Origin: an uncultured delta proteobacterium
GTDB taxonomy: Bacteria; Desulfobacterota; Desulfuromonadia; Desulfuromonadales; CAWBQR01
Direction: 5' to 3'
DNA length: 64,000 nucleotides
Assembly: GCA_963791005.1 (NCBI GenBank)
Contig: CAWBQR010000011.1
Span: forward strand, 41,182 to 105,181
Positions 59,015 to 64,000 of the stretch are shown in pieces. Each line of letters starts with the position of its first letter. Positions within the stretch are counted from its first letter, which is position 1. The position numbers were made by a program, and so were the translations under genes. Under the pieces are notes generated by a model, which was not told where the DNA came from, did not search any database, and saw only the letters and a program-made list of their open reading frames with translations.

Positions 59015-59559
59015 AAGGGAAGGGGGCCATGATTCGCCAGGCTATTTACATTCTTCTGACCGCGGGCCTCTCTTTGAGCCTTCTCTTCGGATGCGGTGAC
59101 GACTCCGGAAAATCGCGGCCTTCATCTCCGCCTTCCCGAAAGGCCGTGGCGCCACCGCTTAAAAGGGAAAAAGTTGTTTCCGCAGCCAAGGAGGAACAAC
59201 CTACGCCTGTCTACACCTACGCCCCTGCCGGCCGCCGGGATCCTTTTGACCTCCCGGTGACGATGCGACGGCCCCTTTCCCAATCCAATGAGCCTTTGAC
59301 CCCCCTGCAGAAATACGACCTTGCTCAGCTTCGGCTGATAGGAATTATTATCGGCAAGGGGACTCCCAGTGCCATGGTTGTGGCGCCGGACGGCAAATCC
59401 TACATTCTTCAAAAAGGAACCAAGGTCGGCAAAAACAACGGCGTGGTGCTGCGCGTCGAACAGAATTCCGTTGTCGTCCAGGAAACCTATTACGACTTCT
59501 CCGGTGATGTCCGAAAGAGCGTTCAGGAGATACAGGTTCCTAAACGTGAAGGAGTTTAA
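59011..59559 (+). CDS. pilP: PilP lipoprotein
   Basis: Lipobox LLFG/C. C-terminus LRLIGIIIGKGTPSAMVVAPDGKSYILQKG. Confidence 0.85.
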   Translation: MKGKGAMIRQAIYILLTAGLSLSLLFGCGDDSGKSRPSSPPSRKAVAPPLKREKVVSAAKEEQPTPVYTYAPAGRRDPFDLPVTMRRPLSQSNEPLTPLQKYDLAQLRLIGIIIGKGTPSAMVVAPDGKSYILQKGTKVGKNNGVVLRVEQNSVVVQETYYDFSGDVRKSVQEIQVPKREGV

Positions 59560-59563
59560 TGCA

Positions 59564-62245
59564 ATGACCCATCCGTTGAAATGGTTTGGAAGACTATGGC
59601 TTCCGGCCGCCCTGATGTGCCTGTTTTGTATTCTGGCCTGCCCGCCCTTGACGGCATGGGCTCAGAATGCCGCCCCGGACCAGCCCGACAACCGTATCGT
59701 TTCCATCTCCGTTGACCGGAGTCATACCGAGACGGTCGTAAACATTAAAACGGAAAACCCTCTTGGATTTCGGTACACGGTATACGATTCCGCCAATCCG
59801 GCCCGGATCACCCTTGATTTCCCCGCCATGGACGTTTCTGCGGTCTCCACTCCGATTCAGGTGGGAGCGGGCTTCCTTCAGCAGATCCGGATTTCTTCTC
59901 TTGATCTGACCTCCGGGCAATTGGGCCGAGTGGAACTCCTTTTGTCCGAAGAGACGAAATACAAGGTTTCCCTCTCGGGCAACGATCTGACCATCGACAT
60001 CCCCACCTCAACCCCCAAGGCTTCCCCCTCTCAACAAAAACCGGAAAACACCGGAAAAACCCCGGTGGTTGTTAAAAAGCTCTCCGCTCGGGCCACCCAG
60101 CCGCTCAAAGGGGAGGCCCCTGCGGAAAATTCGAGCCCTGACGCCGGCAAAGGAGGGGAATCCGCGCCCCTCAAACCGGCGACGGTGGTCGAATCGGTGA
60201 AGGTTCATGGCAGCAGTGCCGTCCTGGCTGCAAACGGTCGTATCGGGAAGGTTCGCTCCTTTCAACTGGGCGCGCCGCCAAGGCTGGTGGTGGACCTGTT
60301 CGGGGTGCGGCCGGCCTTCAGGGAGCGCGCGTTCAAGGGCTCTTCAGGGTTTGCCCGGGTCCGTGTCGGGACCGACGATGACAAGACCCGCTTTGTTTTC
60401 GATGCTGAGGGAAAAGTACCGCCCCACGCGGTCAAGGAAAAACCCGGCTCGGTAGTGGTGACCTGGGGGGATAGGGTCAAGGATAATGATTCTCTACCGG
60501 AAACGGCTCCTGCGGGAACGCCTGTCACCGTACAGGATGTAAGCTTCAAAGTTGAGGATGGGAATTCGGTGGTTTCCCTTGTTCTTTCGGGGCCCGCTGA
60601 CATCATTGAGCCGACCGCCAAGGGGGACACGGTAACCTTCGGCATCCGCAACGCCAATATCGGCCGGGACCTGCGTCGAACCATCGACGCCTCCGCCTTT
60701 CCCAGTGCGGTGCGGCTGGTGACTCCCTACACCGCAGTCGATGACGGCTCCCAGGACGTCCGCTTTGCCGTCCGGTTGAAAGGCCCCGTCTCTTACTCTC
60801 TGCATGAGGTTGGCCACACTGTACGGTTCGTAGTTGAAAACGGACCTTTCGCCGAGCCGGCTTCACCCCGGCTTGAAAAAACCGAGGTGGCGGTTCCTGC
60901 ACCCTCCCCGACGGTCCAAAAAGCTGGCGGGAGCGTTGTGGCTCAAACCGCTGCGCCCCCGGTGGCGACCTCAACCCCCCTGGGGAAAACCCAATCCGTA
61001 GAAACCGTCAAAAAAGAGCACAAATATAGGGGTGAAAAAATTTCACTCGTTTTCGATGATGCCGATATCCGAAAGATCCTTCAGCTCATCGGCCAGGTCA
61101 GCGGTCTGAATATCGTTGCCGGCGAAGACGTCAAGGGGACCATAACCCTGCGGTTGGTGGATGTTCCCTGGGACCAGGCCCTCTCGCTCATCCTGGAAAC
61201 CAAGGGTCTTGGAATGATCCAGGAGGGCAACGTGGTGCGCATCCTTCCGATTGAAAAAATCCGCGCACGGCGACAGGCGGAGCTTACCGCCGTCAAGGAG
61301 CAACGGGCTCTCGAACCCCTGGTCACCGAGGTCATCAGTGTGAGCTATACGGACCTCAGCAATGTGGCCGGTCCGGCCAAGGATCTTCTGTCGGACAGGG
61401 GGAAGATTACCGAGGACGCCCGGAACAAACAACTCATCGTGACCGATGTCCCCTCGGCAATCAAGGATGTGAAGAAGCTTATCTCAATCCTCGATACACC
61501 GGAGCGGCAGGTGATGATCGAAGCGAGGATCGTCGAGGCCGATTCGAGCTTCAGCCGCGACCTGGGGGTCAAATGGGGAATTACCTACCAGAATGATTCG
61601 GGCGGCATCTGGGATGCCAGTCAGGCGGGAATCGGATTGGGGGGAGATTTCCTGATCAGCCCGCCTTCGGCAGGAGGGATTGCCAATGCGGGCCTGGGAA
61701 GCAGCATCACCTTCGGGCGGGTCGGGATTGACAGCACTATCCTTGATTTGCAGATATCCGCCCTGGAGACTTCGGGGCATGGCAAGATCATCTCCACGCC
61801 CCGGGTTTCCACCTTGAACGGGGGGGAGGCGACCATCAGCCAGGGGACCCAGATTCCCTACGTCTCTTCGGGGAACAATGGCCTGCCCAAGACCGAGTTC
61901 GTGAACGCCAACCTGGAGCTGAAGGTCAAGCCGGTGATCAACCCCGACAACAGCATCATTCTCGACATCGACGCCACCAACAGCTCCCTCGGTTCCGCCG
62001 TTCCGGTGGGCGGCGGAGGCAGCGCTCCCAGCGTCGACACCAAGGAAGCCAAGACCAAGCTCCTGGTCCGAAACGGCGAGACGACGGTCATCGGGGGGAT
62101 TTACGTAGAAAACGACAGCCAGAAGGAAATCGGAGTGCCGCTGCTGATGAAAATCCCGATTATAGGACATCTTTTCAAATCCTCCAACAGCACCAACACC
62201 CGCTCGGAGCTTCTTATTTTCATCACCCCCAGAATAGTCAAGTGA
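59564..62245 (+). CDS. pilQ: PilQ secretin with three AMIN-like N-terminal domains
   Basis: Signal peptide, repeated AMIN-like segments, and a secretin core ...VMIEARIVEA...ELLIFITPRIV. Confidence 0.9.
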   Translation: MTHPLKWFGRLWLPAALMCLFCILACPPLTAWAQNAAPDQPDNRIVSISVDRSHTETVVNIKTENPLGFRYTVYDSANPARITLDFPAMDVSAVSTPIQVGAGFLQQIRISSLDLTSGQLGRVELLLSEETKYKVSLSGNDLTIDIPTSTPKASPSQQKPENTGKTPVVVKKLSARATQPLKGEAPAENSSPDAGKGGESAPLKPATVVESVKVHGSSAVLAANGRIGKVRSFQLGAPPRLVVDLFGVRPAFRERAFKGSSGFARVRVGTDDDKTRFVFDAEGKVPPHAVKEKPGSVVVTWGDRVKDNDSLPETAPAGTPVTVQDVSFKVEDGNSVVSLVLSGPADIIEPTAKGDTVTFGIRNANIGRDLRRTIDASAFPSAVRLVTPYTAVDDGSQDVRFAVRLKGPVSYSLHEVGHTVRFVVENGPFAEPASPRLEKTEVAVPAPSPTVQKAGGSVVAQTAAPPVATSTPLGKTQSVETVKKEHKYRGEKISLVFDDADIRKILQLIGQVSGLNIVAGEDVKGTITLRLVDVPWDQALSLILETKGLGMIQEGNVVRILPIEKIRARRQAELTAVKEQRALEPLVTEVISVSYTDLSNVAGPAKDLLSDRGKITEDARNKQLIVTDVPSAIKDVKKLISILDTPERQVMIEARIVEADSSFSRDLGVKWGITYQNDSGGIWDASQAGIGLGGDFLISPPSAGGIANAGLGSSITFGRVGIDSTILDLQISALETSGHGKIISTPRVSTLNGGEATISQGTQIPYVSSGNNGLPKTEFVNANLELKVKPVINPDNSIILDIDATNSSLGSAVPVGGGGSAPSVDTKEAKTKLLVRNGETTVIGGIYVENDSQKEIGVPLLMKIPIIGHLFKSSNSTNTRSELLIFITPRIVK

Positions 62246-62274
62246 TATTCCATCCTTTTCGACGGTGGATTTCC

Positions 62275-62306
62275 CAAGGACAGGCTTCGTGCCTGTCCTT
62301 TTTTTG
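62275..62306 (+). terminator. Rho-independent terminator after pilQ
   Basis: AAGGACAGGC ttcgt GCCTGTCCTT followed by TTTTT. Confidence 0.75.
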
Positions 62307-62410
62307 GAGAGGGGGAAGTGGTGAACAGGAAAGATGGGCAGATGGCCCCTTCTGGTTTTTTTTCACCTTCCCATTTCCCTCCCAACCTATCTCCCCTTTC
62401 CAGAAATCTC

Positions 62411-62440
62411 TTGTCAAAACTGAAAACAAATTCCTATACT
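62411..62440 (+). promoter_or_regulatory. Possible sigma70 promoter of aroC
   Basis: TTGTCA, 18-nt spacer, TATACT. Confidence 0.3.
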
Positions 62441-62497
62441 TAACGGCATGAAGGCAACAGCCCGTATTCAGATCACAGAATAAACAAGGATTTTCGG

Positions 62498-63658
62498 ATG
62501 AAGCTTCGTTTTTTGACGGCGGGGGAGTCCCACGGCCCCGCACTGACCGCCATCGTCGAGGGGATTCCTGCAAATCTTCCCCTGTGCGAAGAGGATATTG
62601 ACCGCCACCTCGCCCGCCGCCAGGAAGGGTATGGCAGAGGGGGGCGCATGAAAATCGAGAAGGACAGAGTCTCCTTTGTCTCGGGGGTCCGCTGGGGTAA
62701 AACCCTCGGATCGCCCATTACCCTGTCGATCACCAACCGGGACTGGGCGAACTGGGAAAAGAAGATGTCCCCCGATGCCGGGGACCGGGAGGAGGGGATT
62801 GCCGTCACCCATCCCCGCCCCGGGCATGCGGACCTGAGCGGGGCCATCAAGTACCGCCAGGATGACTGCCGCAACATCCTGGAGCGTTCGAGCGCCAGGG
62901 AAACGGCGGCCCGTGTGGCGGTCGGCGGTCTCTGCCGAAAGTTTCTCCAGGAAATCGGCATCGAGCTCATGGGCTATGTGACCGAAATCGGGGGGGTCGC
63001 CGCCAACGATTCCGAACTCGACTACCGCAGCCGTTTTGCACGAAGTGAGAAGTCCCCCTGTCGTTCCTTCGACCCCGTCGCCGAAAGGGAGATGATCGCC
63101 GCGATCGACCGGGCCAAGGAGGAAGGGGATTCCTTGGGAGGGGTCATCGAAGTGGTGGTGCTCGGGGCGCCGGTCGGTCTCGGAAGCCATGTGCAGTGGG
63201 ACCGACGGCTCGATGGCCGACTCGCCGCTGCAATTATGAGCATTCAGGCCTTCAAAGGGGTCGAAATCGGTCAGGGATTTCAGGCTGCCAGGCTGCCTGG
63301 TTCCCGGGTACACGACGAAATCGGGTATGACCAGGGCAGCTTTTTCCGTCACACCAACCGGGCCGGAGGCCTTGAGGGCGGCATGACCAATGGGGAGCCG
63401 ATAGTCGTGCGGGGGGCCATGAAGCCCATACCGACTCTTTACCAGCCGCTTCAGACCGTCGACCTGAAGACCAAAAAGCCCTTTCAGGCGACCGTTGAAA
63501 GGTCGGATGTCTGTGCGGTTCCGGCTGCGGCGGTGGTGGCCGAGGCCATGGTGGCGGTGGAGGTTGCCGCGGCCGTCCTGGAAAAATTCGGCGGGGATGC
63601 GATGGAGGAGGTCCGGGACAACATAGCCGCCTGCCAGCGTCACGTGCACAGATTTTGA
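62498..63658 (+). CDS. aroC: Chorismate synthase
   Basis: N-terminus [24 protein letters not shown]. Contains [13 protein letters not shown]-like and SDVCAVPAA segments. Confidence 0.95.
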   Translation: MKLRFLTAGESHGPALTAIVEGIPANLPLCEEDIDRHLARRQEGYGRGGRMKIEKDRVSFVSGVRWGKTLGSPITLSITNRDWANWEKKMSPDAGDREEGIAVTHPRPGHADLSGAIKYRQDDCRNILERSSARETAARVAVGGLCRKFLQEIGIELMGYVTEIGGVAANDSELDYRSRFARSEKSPCRSFDPVAEREMIAAIDRAKEEGDSLGGVIEVVVLGAPVGLGSHVQWDRRLDGRLAAAIMSIQAFKGVEIGQGFQAARLPGSRVHDEIGYDQGSFFRHTNRAGGLEGGMTNGEPIVVRGAMKPIPTLYQPLQTVDLKTKKPFQATVERSDVCAVPAAAVVAEAMVAVEVAAAVLEKFGGDAMEEVRDNIAACQRHVHRF

Positions 63659-63686
63659 AGCCCCGTATCGGTGAATAGTGGAAAGT

Positions 63687-64000
63687 ATGTCACAAGGAAA
63701 TGAAATATTGGAAAAACTCGTTGTAGGCCTGGGGGAACGGAGTTACCCGATCTGGATCGGGGAAGGGATACTGGACGATTTGGGATCGGCCCTGAGTGCC
63801 TGTTCCTTCCCCCGGAAAATTGCTGTTGTCACCAACCCCACCGTCGGGGCGTTCTATGCCGACCGGGTGCTGGCTTCTCTTTCCAGGGAGGGGTTCGCCC
63901 CCTCCCTCGTCACCATCCCCGACGGCGAACAATTTAAGAACCTGGCGACTCTGGAAACCATCTACGATGGCCTGATTCGGAAGGGGTTCGACCGTTTTTC
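63687..64000 (+). CDS. aroB: 3-dehydroquinate synthase (5' part; continues beyond the window)
   Basis: Contains YPIWIGEGIL...KIAVVTNPTVGAFY...IPDGEQFKNL. Confidence 0.85.
   Translation, partial: MSQGNEILEKLVVGLGERSYPIWIGEGILDDLGSALSACSFPRKIAVVTNPTVGAFYADRVLASLSREGFAPSLVTIPDGEQFKNLATLETIYDGLIRKGFDRF

Noticed and set aside
62301-62385. Second dyad (GGGGGAAGTGGTGAA ... TTCACCTTCCC) after the pilQ terminator as an ncRNA.
   Set aside because: The pairing is imperfect with a large loop, there is a single occurrence, and no promoter or terminator frames it. The evidence is insufficient.

Overview
By eye this is a high-GC chromosomal segment, organised around type IV pilus (T4P) genes. It looks Geobacter/Desulfuromonas-like because of the pilB-pilT-pilC-pilS-pilR-pilA synteny, a truncated PilA-N-type pilin followed by a PilA-C-like gene, and sigma54 control.

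Gene order:
1. A sensor kinase plus a sigma54-dependent response regulator, followed by a minor-pilin operon (pilV-pilW-pilX-pilY1, a repeat-containing lipoprotein, and two GspH/FimT-type pseudopilins).
2. DUF1015, a ParM-like actin, rnr and ribF.
3. pilB-pilT-pilC-pilS-pilR, a sigma54 promoter, a short pilA, and a pilA-C-like gene.
4. A glycan cluster of about 20 kb. It holds ABC-2/ABC exporters, a TMTC-like GT-C/TPR protein, a UbiA prenyltransferase, a TagF-like protein, three or four glycosyltransferases, a KpsS-like protein, a bifunctional CDP-ribitol-synthase-like protein, a CDP-alcohol phosphatidyltransferase and two Zn-ribbon methyltransferases. Two MNT/HepT toxin-antitoxin pairs interrupt it.
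5. A mobile/toxin-antitoxin island of about 8.5 kb. It contains an IS1595-family IS with a target-site duplication nested in a Y1-transposase remnant, hipBA, three copies (one intact) of a Y1(HUH)-transposase/DnaA-domain-IV element alternating with HEPN/MNT, HI0074/HI0073 and Phd/VapC cassettes, and gene fragments.
6. A GT9 glycosyltransferase, pilD, a small XRE regulator, pilMNOPQ, aroC and the 5' end of aroB.

The intergenic spacers are unusually rich in dyad-symmetric arrays of short tandem repeats and in MITE-like repeats.

At least 20 single-base frameshifts interrupt otherwise well-conserved genes, including rnr and ribF. Many 'pseudogenes' here may therefore be sequence-quality artefacts. 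No rRNA, tRNA or CRISPR array was seen.
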